From Epithemia pelagica (lineage: Eukaryota > Protista > Bacillariophyta), in the NCBI GenBank assembly GCA_946965045.2, contig OX337240.1, positions 1,488,001 to 1,552,000 of the forward strand: a stretch of 64,000 bases of DNA. Direction: 5' to 3'. Under the pieces are notes generated by a model. That model was not told the origin of the DNA, ran no database searches, and saw only the letters and a list, made by a program, of their open reading frames with translations. Positions 21,155 to 31,739 of the stretch are shown here, in pieces (position 1 is the first letter of the stretch; every line of letters starts with the position of its first letter). Made by a program: the position numbers and the translations under genes.

Positions 21155-24100
21155 TTATGCTCTTACGGTTTCCTCCACCACAACATTCCATTGTAATGGG
21201 AATTTGTAAGAAACCGGAGGCTGTGGAGAAGACGATGGTTCTTCCTCGGGGGGCGATCGCGTATTGGAATCCGTGTTCAGGTTCGAGTTATTCAGAATGG
21301 TGAGACGGACAGTCTGAAGATTGTAAACGCCTGCGGCCGGTATGATAGCTTTAAGCGGCACCTCCAAGGCCTCGTCACTCGCCAACGAATGGGGAACACA
21401 TTGAGGTCCTGTCCAATCAAAACGATCATGAGCTTCCACTGACAATTCAAAGTTCACCGGATCTGGCGATACAAAACGGTTCCGTAACCTGATTTTCAAC
21501 GGAACTGTGGCTGGTCCGTGAACAAAGTGGTTCGTAACAACCGATGGATGTGTCGCGGTGATCACAATTGGACAACCGGCGGTAGCTGTGGCATTTATGT
21601 TGCTAACGCTGCCGACGGTGTTGTTTGAAGGGTCCTTTTTCACAATGGGACGAATAGGCAGTCCGCGGATATGATGCTGCCCTTCGATAGTCCCATCCTC
21701 GCTTTTCCAAGAACAGACCAACATGGCAAAGGCTCCACTACTCTTGGCTGACGCGGGAGCCAACTTGCGAATTGAGGTCGGTGCGACAACCACCGAAGAC
21801 GAATCTACCACACTACCCTGTTGTGCCTGCGGCGGAAGTTCTACTGTTTCTAAAGCTTCTTCACTGAGACTGCTTTGATTGGTATTCGCCCGTCGAATCT
21901 GAGAAATCGATCGTGGATGCTGGGATTCTTCGCCATCTCCAGCACCACCAGCAGCCGCAGCTCGCGCCAAGGCCCGTTGATGGGAAAGCCGCGTCTCTTC
22001 AAACTGTGCGTGTGCTCGTTCTAAGCACAAGAAGTGCAATAGAGAACTCGACGAGGCTTGTAAGCTCAGTGTTCTATTTGTGCTGCCGGTGGAGAGGATA
22101 GATTGGCTTAGAAGACAAGTCGAGCTCGGTTCGTCCAGTGGCAATACACGGTAATGTAGAGTAACTCTTTCTTGCCACCCCAGTCTGACTTGTCCATCCG
22201 AGGCCACAATCTGTCCTGGCAAAGGCTGTAGCTTGTATGATCGGCTCGCCAAGGTCAATTGATCAACAAGCAAATGTAGCTGCTCCGGTTGATCCGAACG
22301 GTAATTAGTTACTTCAACAGACAGTACATGTTCGGCTTCCTTTGCGTACGAGGGAACCAACGTTGCGTTAAGAGACAATGAAGGGTACAACGGAACTTGA
22401 AGCATTTTGCGAAGCCATCGACAGGGAACAGTCGCATCCTTTGGTTCCACCAACTCGTATCGAAAGAGCATGTAAAAGTCTTGTCGTCCTGCACCGTAGG
22501 TTCTCAAGTCTACGGCAACGTCAACGCTTTCACCAGGATGAATTTCTCCGTCCACTTGCAAACCAAACCCATCAATAGGAATACGCATCAGCGTACCAGT
22601 GGGGCCCACGCAATACGAAGTCGCTTGTCGTTCCAACTCGTCATGAGACTTGGCAGCGCGATTCTCGTCACCTCCGTCCCAAATGGTGATCCACGGAACA
22701 TTGGTCTTGACTGTGATGGACTTGGCAGGTGCTGTTCCGACATTGGTCAAACGTAAGTTCCATTTACTGACTTGGCCCTGTAACAAAGGTCCTGGTTCAC
22801 CCTTGACCGAAGACACGGACGTGAGGGGTTGGACAAAGTCCGCTGTAAGACAGGGCATACCTCGTTCGACCTTAGCCTTGAGCAAAAGCGACTCGGCACG
22901 AACCCGATGGACTCGATTGGATCGAGTGTTTTGTAGCAATTCGCCCTTGACGCAAAAGGGATGGAACATCCAAACACTGTCCAGTAACCGACAACGGATA
23001 CCCAGAATTTCCAAATCGCCTTCCACCAAAGGGCAGATACTTGCCGAAATGGTTTGTGAGGACTCCGCCACTAAGGTCAAGGCTGTTTTGGTAACTACAA
23101 AGAACGGGTCAACTTCGTATGCCGATTTCCACTTTCGTTTCAACAAGGCATCGTCCAATGGGCTGATGTCCTCTTTATTGTTGCTATCACCATCACCGCC
23201 AGAGGACTTGGTTTCTTGGGCGACACGACAAAACTGAGGAACTGAGAATTCCAATGTGGAACTGTGAAATGTCCATTTACGAAGTTCATTGCGCGAAGCA
23301 AGTGGTGTAATTTGAATGGCATCTTCGTTGGTACAGATCATATTCTTGTCGGATTTGGCCGTCATGCGTGCGACAATTTGCAAATCGACTAAATCAATAG
23401 GGATTCCCAAGGGGTTGGAGAGTGTGCATTCGACCGCCAAGGGTTCCATGAGCGCACGAGAAGGTGGAGTGGGTTTGTACGAGGAAGATTTCTTGACCCG
23501 TTCCGTCAAGTTGCGGTGAGCTCGTTCGCGGTCCATTTCGGCCAGAACGCGACGAATGGATGGATCATCAATCTTGGCCAACAACTGTGTCATGGGCGGG
23601 TCGTTGGAGGTGGCATCGGCCGCTCGCAATTCGGCAATACATTCCAACATGAGTTGATCCCATACTTCGAAATCTCCACGGGCACTCTTTCCCAACACGG
23701 CAGCCGTTTCAACTCCCGCTGCAGTGGGCGACGACGGGTCCGTCGAACGGTTCATACTGCTGTTGCCTCCCCCTTCTTCGGCAATGACCATGACAGATTC
23801 ATTATCCATATATGGCAGCTGCAAATTGGGCAATTCGAGTACACGAATGGCGGTTTTGGTGTATTGAATAACTTGAGCAATGCGTCTGGATCGTTCGCGT
23901 CGTGTGGAAATGGGATGGACCATTCGATCGGCACCGGCCAAGGCCTTTTTGGGATGTTCGTTGCAAATTTCCAAAACGTGGTTGATAAACTTTTGCTGCG
24001 ACTTGATGGACACTCGAGGAGCGGTTTGTCCCGACACAAGTTGGGCATACAATTGCAACGACAAGGCCATGCGTCCCATGGAATACAATTGCGCGGCCAG

Positions 24101-27100
24101 AGCCGATCGAATGTGATTGTGCAATTCATCCCACTGGGCATCGCGATAAATGTGCAAGGCCGACGTGAAGCATCGAAAGGCATGATGCTCCTGTTGAGCC
24201 GTCCGGAACATGTGTCCACTCATGAGCATGTGAAAGGCATATTTCCGAAACTTGTCATTTTGAAAATAATGGGCCGAAGATTGCTCCAACAAGACGGCCG
24301 CACCCAGGGCCGTTTCATTGGAGGAGGAGGAGGCCAACAAATCGGCCACTTCCAAATGTCGGCCCGCACACAAGGTGGTGGCAGAGGAAACCAATACCAA
24401 GCACAAGCGCGTCGCGGCTCGAGTACTGGGTGGTGCGGCGGGAGATCGTTGCCCCGTGGCCTTGGCATAGAGTGTCGGTGAGGCGGCGCGTTCTTCGTCG
24501 GCCGCCTTTTTGTACGACAACAGGGCCGTTTCCAAACAGGCAAAGACTTCGCGTGTGCGACTATAGGGGTCCAACAAGTGCATACAGAGTGCCATGTGTT
24601 CTTGACAGCTGGCATAATGAGTATGGGCCTTGTCTTGTTTGTAATCGTCTCGAATGAGTCGATAGGTGGACAAGGCGGCTTCGTAATCCTTGAGCAAGAA
24701 CAAGGTATCGGCCAAGAGTCGCGTTTGACTTTCAATCGCATCGTAACGATACCGTACCCAAGCTGCACCGGGAACTACAGCGACGGTACTGTTGTTGTTG
24801 TTGGAATGCGTGGATGACGTTGACGCCGTGGTGGAAGTTCCACCCCCCAAAAAACTCTTGGCAAAACTGCTCGTGGCCGTGGCCCCCGCATTCGCCGCAG
24901 CGTTACTATTACTGCTGCTTTCGAGGAGGGCTGCCGCTTGTTCTTGTTCGACATCTTCCTTGGTCTTGCCCGTCCTCCAAAAGGATTTGAGAACATTGCG
25001 GACACCCTTTTTGCGTTCACTGACAATGGCATTGAGTCGAGCAATCCGTCGTTCGAGGGCCGGCCACAGCGCTTGCGGAACCAAGGTTTGGGTCAGGTAA
25101 TTCCGTAGGGCCACTCGGTCACTGACGGATAGACAATTGCCACATTGACCGCCACCCTGCCACAAATCCTGCGTTTCTTCCCGCGCCAATTGCGCCGCCG
25201 TCTCGGGAGCAATGGTATTCATGCGCAAAATGGTGGCGGTCGATCCAAAGGTTTGCATCAAGGCTCGTTTCAACGCTTGTTCCTCCCACGTGGATGGAGA
25301 AGGTCGTGGTCCTTGTACTTGATCGTGCAAGACCAAGGCATGGTAGGAAACACTGGTGGGATCCCACAAACCGGAATGGAAGGGTACCGGCAAATAATGG
25401 GGCAATTGCAAGGCTTGGAGGGTTTCCACAATGGTTGCCGTCATACTATTGGTGTTGCTGTTATTGTTGGTTTTGCCAGTGCCACTTTCGGACGCCACGG
25501 CTTGTTCATGAGTGGTACAGACGACGAGGCACAGGACGGGGCAGGCGGTCAAATCGTGTGGTCCATTGGCCGTGACATGATCCAAGGCTTGTCGATATCG
25601 TAGCAACCACGGAATGGTCAAGGGTGAGGTTAAACTATAGGCATCTCGGGTGACTTGATCCAATTGTCGTTGTCGTGCTTCGTGCCAATTCATGGGATTG
25701 GCATCCTCCTTGTTACTCGATGGCGAGGTTCGACGAGGCGATGGCTGGTCCACAGTACTCGTGTCGTCGTCGGTCGAGCCGTCGGCATCTTCGCCCGTCG
25801 CTGCACTGGTTGTCGTCGTCGTCGTACTGAGCAAGGGTGTTTTGGGCAAGAGCAAATGATCCACTTGATCTTCGAGGAGGTCCAATTCTTGGGCCAAATT
25901 GCCATCCCGTTCTTGAAGGGCGGCGGCCGCATGCAACAAGGCTTGAGCTTGAAAATCCACGGGGGCATCCTCGTGTTGGGGTGGTGTCGTTGTTTTCGAG
26001 TCGTTGGCTTGGCTGCTCGTCGTAGTATTGGGCGTCCAATAATCCACCAGGGTCGTTTCCCAAAAGAGGAGGGGGACTTGGGACCACGACAAGGTGAGTG
26101 GTCGTGTCATGGACCGTAGGGGTGGAAGCGGGGGCAACGAGGCGGCCGATGCCGACGACGACAGTCCCGGAATACTGGAATGGTACAAGCCCGTCAACAA
26201 ATCGGACAAGAGCAACTTGTTTTTCCACGCCATCCAATGGGCCGCTTCCGTGGCAATCACCACCACGGGAAAGGTGACTTGTCGTTGCGCCAAGACACTC
26301 ATACCACCGCCGTCCGAACTGGCTGCTGTCGAGGAGGAGGAGGACGAGGATGATCCTCGTGTCGTGGGACTGTGCGGAGACGACGACGACGAAGGGTTGT
26401 TGCTGTTGTTGGTATTGTTGTTGTTGCTACTGTTTGTGGACCAGTGACTGGCAAAGGTCGTGTAGGGCAAGGCCGCTGGTTTGGCGAGTGGGGTAGTGGG
26501 TGGTTGATACGGTACTGTTGGTGTTGGTGGTTCTGTGGTGGTGGGTGGTGGTGGCGCCACGGCCACGACGGGGGTTGGTGCAGCAGTGGGATCCGTCACA
26601 TTGCTGCTCACGACCGTCACTTCGTCACTGCCCGTCGACAGAGACGAAGGTCGCGGCTTGGACGTCGTCGAGGTTGTGGCTGTCGTCGAAGTGGGATCCA
26701 AAAAAGTTGTCAAGGACGGAGGTGGTTTGTTGTTGTTGTTGGAAGTAGTGGGTGGCAAGCTGACCATGGTGGCCGTCGCTGGTTGCCAGGAAGCAGTCGT
26801 AGTGGACGAGGCTGCCGCCGTCGTTCGCTTGGGGGGTGGTGGAGGTGGTGGAGGCAACGACGACGACAAGCCAGTGGTGGTGGTTGCAGCAGTGTTGTTA
26901 CTGGTAATAGTACTGCCCTGTGACAGGGCCCATTGCAATTCGCGGGCCGTCAAATTTCCCGACGGCGGAGCACTGCTCAAGGGAGGAATTTGCGGAGTCG
27001 ACGAATGAGGAGGAGCCGCAAGGGAAGTGGTTGTCGTTGTGTTGGCTGATGCTGTAGTGGCTGCCGACATGGCGACGGAGGTGGACATGCTCGTCGTGGA

Positions 27101-27280
27101 GTTCAACGACAAGGAGGAGGAGTTTCCAGAAGAAGGAGGTGGTGGTGGTGGTGGAGGAGGAGGAAAGGAGGAAGGAGGAGCTCCTTGTTGTTGTTGTTGT
27201 TTGGCGGCCGACTCGGCTTTGCGCGTACGATCCGCTGCCGCTCTCATGGTCTTCTTCTTCTTCTTCTTTGGATGATGCAA
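21155..27280 (-). CDS. TRAPPC8: TRAPP III subunit Trs85/TRAPPC8 homolog
   Basis: 2041-aa single-exon ORF. KGVRNVLKSFW; YRYDAIESQTRLLADTLFLLKDYEAALSTYRLIRDDYKQDKA; FRKYAFHMLMSGHMF; C-terminal Ig-like segments; Pro/Thr/Ser low-complexity N-terminus. Confidence 0.9.
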   Translation of the reverse strand: MHHPKKKKKKTMRAAADRTRKAESAAKQQQQQGAPPSSFPPPPPPPPPPSSGNSSSLSLNSTTSMSTSVAMSAATTASANTTTTTSLAAPPHSSTPQIPPLSSAPPSGNLTARELQWALSQGSTITSNNTAATTTTGLSSSLPPPPPPPPKRTTAAASSTTTASWQPATATMVSLPPTTSNNNNKPPPSLTTFLDPTSTTATTSTTSKPRPSSLSTGSDEVTVVSSNVTDPTAAPTPVVAVAPPPPTTTEPPTPTVPYQPPTTPLAKPAALPYTTFASHWSTNSSNNNNTNNSNNPSSSSSPHSPTTRGSSSSSSSSTAASSDGGGMSVLAQRQVTFPVVVIATEAAHWMAWKNKLLLSDLLTGLYHSSIPGLSSSASAASLPPLPPLRSMTRPLTLSWSQVPLLFWETTLVDYWTPNTTTSSQANDSKTTTPPQHEDAPVDFQAQALLHAAAALQERDGNLAQELDLLEDQVDHLLLPKTPLLSTTTTTTSAATGEDADGSTDDDTSTVDQPSPRRTSPSSNKEDANPMNWHEARQRQLDQVTRDAYSLTSPLTIPWLLRYRQALDHVTANGPHDLTACPVLCLVVCTTHEQAVASESGTGKTNNNSNTNSMTATIVETLQALQLPHYLPVPFHSGLWDPTSVSYHALVLHDQVQGPRPSPSTWEEQALKRALMQTFGSTATILRMNTIAPETAAQLAREETQDLWQGGGQCGNCLSVSDRVALRNYLTQTLVPQALWPALERRIARLNAIVSERKKGVRNVLKSFWRTGKTKEDVEQEQAAALLESSSNSNAAANAGATATSSFAKSFLGGGTSTTASTSSTHSNNNNSTVAVVPGAAWVRYRYDAIESQTRLLADTLFLLKDYEAALSTYRLIRDDYKQDKAHTHYASCQEHMALCMHLLDPYSRTREVFACLETALLSYKKAADEERAASPTLYAKATGQRSPAAPPSTRAATRLCLVLVSSATTLCAGRHLEVADLLASSSSNETALGAAVLLEQSSAHYFQNDKFRKYAFHMLMSGHMFRTAQQEHHAFRCFTSALHIYRDAQWDELHNHIRSALAAQLYSMGRMALSLQLYAQLVSGQTAPRVSIKSQQKFINHVLEICNEHPKKALAGADRMVHPISTRRERSRRIAQVIQYTKTAIRVLELPNLQLPYMDNESVMVIAEEGGGNSSMNRSTDPSSPTAAGVETAAVLGKSARGDFEVWDQLMLECIAELRAADATSNDPPMTQLLAKIDDPSIRRVLAEMDRERAHRNLTERVKKSSSYKPTPPSRALMEPLAVECTLSNPLGIPIDLVDLQIVARMTAKSDKNMICTNEDAIQITPLASRNELRKWTFHSSTLEFSVPQFCRVAQETKSSGGDGDSNNKEDISPLDDALLKRKWKSAYEVDPFFVVTKTALTLVAESSQTISASICPLVEGDLEILGIRCRLLDSVWMFHPFCVKGELLQNTRSNRVHRVRAESLLLKAKVERGMPCLTADFVQPLTSVSSVKGEPGPLLQGQVSKWNLRLTNVGTAPAKSITVKTNVPWITIWDGGDENRAAKSHDELERQATSYCVGPTGTLMRIPIDGFGLQVDGEIHPGESVDVAVDLRTYGAGRQDFYMLFRYELVEPKDATVPCRWLRKMLQVPLYPSLSLNATLVPSYAKEAEHVLSVEVTNYRSDQPEQLHLLVDQLTLASRSYKLQPLPGQIVASDGQVRLGWQERVTLHYRVLPLDEPSSTCLLSQSILSTGSTNRTLSLQASSSSLLHFLCLERAHAQFEETRLSHQRALARAAAAGGAGDGEESQHPRSISQIRRANTNQSSLSEEALETVELPPQAQQGSVVDSSSVVVAPTSIRKLAPASAKSSGAFAMLVCSWKSEDGTIEGQHHIRGLPIRPIVKKDPSNNTVGSVSNINATATAGCPIVITATHPSVVTNHFVHGPATVPLKIRLRNRFVSPDPVNFELSVEAHDRFDWTGPQCVPHSLASDEALEVPLKAIIPAAGVYNLQTVRLTILNNSNLNTDSNTRSPPEEEPSSSPQPPVSYKFPLQWNVVVEETVRA

Positions 27281-27724
27281 ACGGGTCTACGGAACGCAGT
27301 ATTCACCTCCGAATGGCAAAGATCGCGTCGTCTCACAAAAGACTGGAAGCAACCCAACAACCATGGTCACACTCGGCCGCAACGGGCGGCCAACCTTCCA
27401 AGAACTACTCCGCGTCGAAAGGTAAAAAACGTTTTACGAATAAAAAGATATCTAGACTTTTGAACGATCGGTAGTGTATTTCGGAAAGAGCTATCTTGTC
27501 TACTATCAACTACTACCTACTAGAGGGGTACTTCGTTTGGTGTTCTCCCTAGTTCCATTCTAAACTCTCCTGCCTTGACAACAAATAGGTGCTACAAATG
27601 GAGAGGATATGGTCGGTTCTTCCCGATAGACAGTTGCACGTGGAGAGTGATTTTGGGCTGCTGCTTGCAATGGTTAATCGGAAATGCGCATTTCATAGGA
27701 CGGATGGGGGTGTGATTGATAGAC

Positions 27725-29530
27725 TTATTGTCGGTGGGTCGCAAGACGACGACGCTTAGCCGAGTCGTTGTCGTGTTGTTGCTGGGAGTGTGCTGCTGCT
27801 TCGTCCTGATGATGATTTGTTTTGTGGTACAGGGCTAATTGTTCCAGGGCTTGAGGACTGGGCGACAAGTCTTGCCAACTGGAGGTGGCATAGTCCACAT
27901 CCCGCCAACCGGGATCGGACAAGGCGGCTGGTGCCACGTGCAAGGGCAAGTAGGTTTCAAACATGAACGCCATACCTTGATGGAGATACACGGCCGAATC
28001 TTGTTTGTTTTGCGGATCAATGGCCTTGTGATAGGCTTGTGCATTGGGACCATGGGGGGTCATGCAATTGTGCAAGGAGGCACCACCGGGCACAAAGCCA
28101 CTGGATTTCTTCTGTTTAGTGTCAGCATGGTTTTGGTCGGAATCCAAGGGTTTGGCATCATACTGGCCCGAAATGAGTCCCATGTATTCACTCATGGTAT
28201 TGGAATGAAAGTAGGGTGGTCGAAAGGTTTGAGAATCCGTGGCCAAATACCGCGGTGCAAAGACCACGACATCGGCCAAGGCTGTGCCGGGCACCACATG
28301 GGACGGACAGGTCAAGACGGTAAAAATACTGGGATCCAAATGATCGTGCGAGACGGAATTCACCACGACAAATCGATTCAAATCGTACTTGTACGGCACG
28401 TAATTGCCATGCCACGCCACGACAGTGTAGGGACCATGGTCACTGGTACGGTGCCACAGTTGCGATTGCATTTTAATCGTCGTCACATGAGTGTGGTCAC
28501 TGCTGTTGCTGCTGCTGCTCGCATCGTCCTTGTTGTGGGGTGGAGGAGTCACAATGGCCGCAGTGGGGCATTGAAAATCTCGGGCATTGGCCAATCCATT
28601 GGCCCCAATCAAACCCAAATCGGGCAATTGAAAGCCATCGCCACCATAAACTTCCAACACATAGCCTTGAGCCCATGCTGCTTGTGGTTCCGCATTGTCG
28701 TCGTTGTCGTCGTCGTCTGTGTCTTCCACATCCAATTGAATGGAAAAACAAATGCCTCGTGGCACCACGACCAATTCTTGAGGCGAAACGTGCAATGGTC
28801 CCAGTTCGGTCGTCACAATCAACGAGTGCTGTTGAGGCAGTAGCAAGAAATCACCATCCGTATTTTGCATACTTTGCTCCAGAGGATTCATACTGGCATT
28901 GCATTGATACATGTAAATGGCCAACCCATGCTTTTGTTCCACCGAACCCCCATGACACATTAAATGACATCCTTGGACAAAGGTAACCGCCTTTTTCGTG
29001 TTTCCAATAGAACTCGGAGTAGAATTGTTACTGTTTTCCCCAAGTGGACGAGGGTGCCATCGCAAGGGATCTACTACGGGTTCACACTGGCTGGGTGCCG
29101 TGTGTCCAAAATACACTCGTTCCTTGTTGTTCGTGTTGTTGTTGTTGTTATGTTTGTAGAGTGCTTGTGCCGGTGCCCCCACGGTCGCCGAGACACGAGG
29201 TTGAATGCGATACAACCAGGTTCGTCGATTGCCGTGGGAACGAGGTTTGGTAAAGGCCGTTCCGGAAATTTGTTCCGTGTACAAGCCGTAGGGAACATGA
29301 CGAGGATTGTTCCGGCCGACGGGCAAGGCACCCGGCCAACACGACGATTCCAGTTCATTGCCAAACCCCTGTAAATACGTCCACGAAGAAGTCTCGCAAG
29401 CGGCCGTTTCTTTGTTTGTGTTGGAGGCTGTTTGATGATCCTTGTGGCCATTGACTCGCTGCTTCTGGTCGTCGTCGCACTCCGTTGTTGTACCATTGCG
29501 TGGTGGTTTCGAAGTGGAGCAAGTCGACAT
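27725..29530 (-). CDS. HGD: Homogentisate 1,2-dioxygenase
   Basis: YLQGFGNELES, LYTEQISGTAFTKPR, NTDGDFL, WHGNYVPYKYDL, DHLDPSIFTVLT, FRPPYFHSNTMSEYMGLI, PGGASLHNCMTPHGP. The Fe-ligand His/Glu/His positions are present. Confidence 0.97.
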   Translation of the reverse strand: MSTCSTSKPPRNGTTTECDDDQKQRVNGHKDHQTASNTNKETAACETSSWTYLQGFGNELESSCWPGALPVGRNNPRHVPYGLYTEQISGTAFTKPRSHGNRRTWLYRIQPRVSATVGAPAQALYKHNNNNNTNNKERVYFGHTAPSQCEPVVDPLRWHPRPLGENSNNSTPSSIGNTKKAVTFVQGCHLMCHGGSVEQKHGLAIYMYQCNASMNPLEQSMQNTDGDFLLLPQQHSLIVTTELGPLHVSPQELVVVPRGICFSIQLDVEDTDDDDNDDNAEPQAAWAQGYVLEVYGGDGFQLPDLGLIGANGLANARDFQCPTAAIVTPPPHNKDDASSSSNSSDHTHVTTIKMQSQLWHRTSDHGPYTVVAWHGNYVPYKYDLNRFVVVNSVSHDHLDPSIFTVLTCPSHVVPGTALADVVVFAPRYLATDSQTFRPPYFHSNTMSEYMGLISGQYDAKPLDSDQNHADTKQKKSSGFVPGGASLHNCMTPHGPNAQAYHKAIDPQNKQDSAVYLHQGMAFMFETYLPLHVAPAALSDPGWRDVDYATSSWQDLSPSPQALEQLALYHKTNHHQDEAAAHSQQQHDNDSAKRRRLATHRQ

Positions 29531-30282
29531 GCTGAAAGATCGTGTCTATTCGGTGGAGCGAGTGTTGTCTGGATGATCCAGTTCTCTTGTCGTCAAACAA
29601 GATGCGATGGAGGGCGAGATTGCGATCTTGACTTGTGTTCGTTTTATGTCCAGAGCAAGAGACGTTCCAAAACTACGAAAGGAACAACTCGACAACTGTA
29701 CCAACCGCAAGACAAGAACACAACGAGAAGCAAACGACGGAAGAGAACACCACAATCAAAACGTAAAATACGAATGAGGCTCATCATCATGGAGCAGCGC
29801 ATCAAAACAACCCAGAAAGGAGAACATGGAACAAAAAAGCAGAACACGGTGCATCTGCATCTGCATCCGGTTCTTTGGCATGGAGGGATCGCAGAATATT
29901 CAGTCGCACTCGCGACTGGCTCTACCCGGACTCTACTTGTAGATAGGACTCTATTACTCGTAGGTATCGTACCTACCTAGGTATCCCTTTTTGAATCTTT
30001 GTGTGTTGTTCTCGAGAACAGACGAGACAATTACAAGATCTAAAAAAACAAACCGAAAGCTGTTGACCATGACACATATATTGGATTGAGACTCGCAAGG
30101 GAATAAATGTTGGTTGCCCCTTAGCATCTCTCACCAATTGACAAAAGGCAAGATCGTGCCGTTCCGAATAGAGTGGAAAATCAATATGTCTATTGTTCTA
30201 CCATTTTGTTCTCTTGTTGCTGAATTTGACCATTGCGGTCGGTTCCACTTTTGCCGGAAAACTCTGATCAATTTTATCTGTA

Positions 30283-31227
30283 TTAGCACTTTCCCAAGGA
30301 TTCCGTCTTGACAGTTGACAAATGGGAGACGGCATTGTGCATGAGCAGCATGGGTCGTCCCGTCTTGTCAATGTCCAAGACGGAAATACAGGTATTCCAA
30401 CAGGGAAACATTCGACCCTGCGACGGCCATTCCAGGGCCGTTTGCAACAAGAAATCAATAAAATCTCCATGTACCACGAGACAAATGGTTCCATCTTTGG
30501 TCGCCTCCATGGCTTGTTGTTGCAATTCTCGAAAGACGCCGGCAATACGGGCACGTGCCTGTTCGATAGTTTCCTTCCCCAAACTGACATTGTACCATCC
30601 ATGGGAGGAAATGGACTCATGGTCGACTTGATAGGTGGGAAAGTCTTGTTGAATTTCCGTTCGCGTCATGCCCCCGCGTCCCTCACCTTCTTCATGGACA
30701 CCTCCCACTTCGTACAAATCCGGCCATACCATGGGTTTCAAATTCAATGCCTTGGCAATAGGATGTGCCGTCATGAGGGTGCGACGAAAGGGGGAAACAT
30801 ACATTCGTTCAATCCGAGACAATACGGCATTTTGTTGAGACGCCAAATAGTGAGCCGTTTCTTTGGCTTGCTGTTGGCCCGTCAATGTCAAGGGAGGATC
30901 GGGTTGGCGATTGGCAAGATATTGCGCTTTACTGATTTCATACTGAATGTTATTTTCTGATTCGCCATGACGAATCAAGATAATGCGAAGATTGGGAGTG
31001 ACGGCATTGTGACCAACCTTGACTTGTGTTGACTCGTCGGAACAGCTGCTGGAAGTTGTGGTGGTGGTGGTGGTGGCAGCCGCCGAGTTGGCTTTGGCCG
31101 CCGCCGCAGCTGCCGCCGCCTTGGCAACCGTGGCCGACGAACTGGTGGTAGTGGAGGCTCTGGTACCAAGAGCCATCCATGACAGAGGCAAATGAAGGAA
31201 CAAGAACAGTGAGGACGGCGTTTTCAT
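30283..31227 (-). CDS. Histidine phosphatase / phosphoglycerate mutase family protein (alternative upstream ATG at 31359)
   Basis: IILIRHGESENN, DPPLTLTGQQQA, YVSPFRRTLMTA, VVHGDF, NTCISVL; hydrophobic signal-like segment after ATG 31227. Confidence 0.9.
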   Translation of the reverse strand: MKTPSSLFLFLHLPLSWMALGTRASTTTSSSATVAKAAAAAAAAKANSAAATTTTTTTSSSCSDESTQVKVGHNAVTPNLRIILIRHGESENNIQYEISKAQYLANRQPDPPLTLTGQQQAKETAHYLASQQNAVLSRIERMYVSPFRRTLMTAHPIAKALNLKPMVWPDLYEVGGVHEEGEGRGGMTRTEIQQDFPTYQVDHESISSHGWYNVSLGKETIEQARARIAGVFRELQQQAMEATKDGTICLVVHGDFIDFLLQTALEWPSQGRMFPCWNTCISVLDIDKTGRPMLLMHNAVSHLSTVKTESLGKC

Positions 31228-31739
31228 CGTATTGATGGTAGGATGTTTTGATAGGATGGTCAATGGAAATGGTCGAGTGCTGCCTCGTTGGATGGAACGA
31301 AACCACAACAAGGATGATGATGATGATGACGTTGGGCACAGGAATCTTTGGATGGCCATGTTGGAAGTAGGAATTTCTCGAGAAGATGGGGAGCAGATTC
31401 AACGCGTGTTGATCGCATCGCGTTTTGGTCGCTTGCATGATATGAAAACTACTTGTACGACTAAGTGACCACCCTCGAGAGAGGAGGCTAGCTAGAGGAG
31501 TAAGGTAGAAGCAAGAGCGTGAAAAATGATTGAGGCAGTCGATAACACATCTCCTCAAGTGGAGGAGGATTCTTATTGCCAATGACTGTTTAGTAGCAGC
31601 TGCGTCTTGTTTCGTGAGGGGTGCAAATGGGAAAGAGATGCAGCAAGTCTTGAGTGAAATGAAAATCAAGTGTGGCCTTTGTACATAAGTTTATGAGGTG
31701 GATCTTCAAGATCCAATGTGCTGAGGTTCCCTTCTCATC

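Noticed and set aside
26300-27250. Trinucleotide runs (GGT, GGA, TGT, GAC) in TRAPPC8 and other genes
   Set aside because: They are ordinary coding homopolymer tracts (poly-Pro, -Ser, -Thr, -Gln, -Asn), common in diatom proteins.
28190-28215. HGD FHSN instead of the usual YHRN, plus a C-terminal KRRRL
   Set aside because: The metal ligands are intact, and a single substitution and short basic tail cannot be interpreted without an alignment.
27839-28843. 334-aa antisense ORF over HGD (likewise 23516-24481 over TRAPPC8 and 54956-55633 over pol)
   Set aside because: They mirror strongly conserved sense genes, show no motifs, and are expected from codon bias that suppresses antisense stops.
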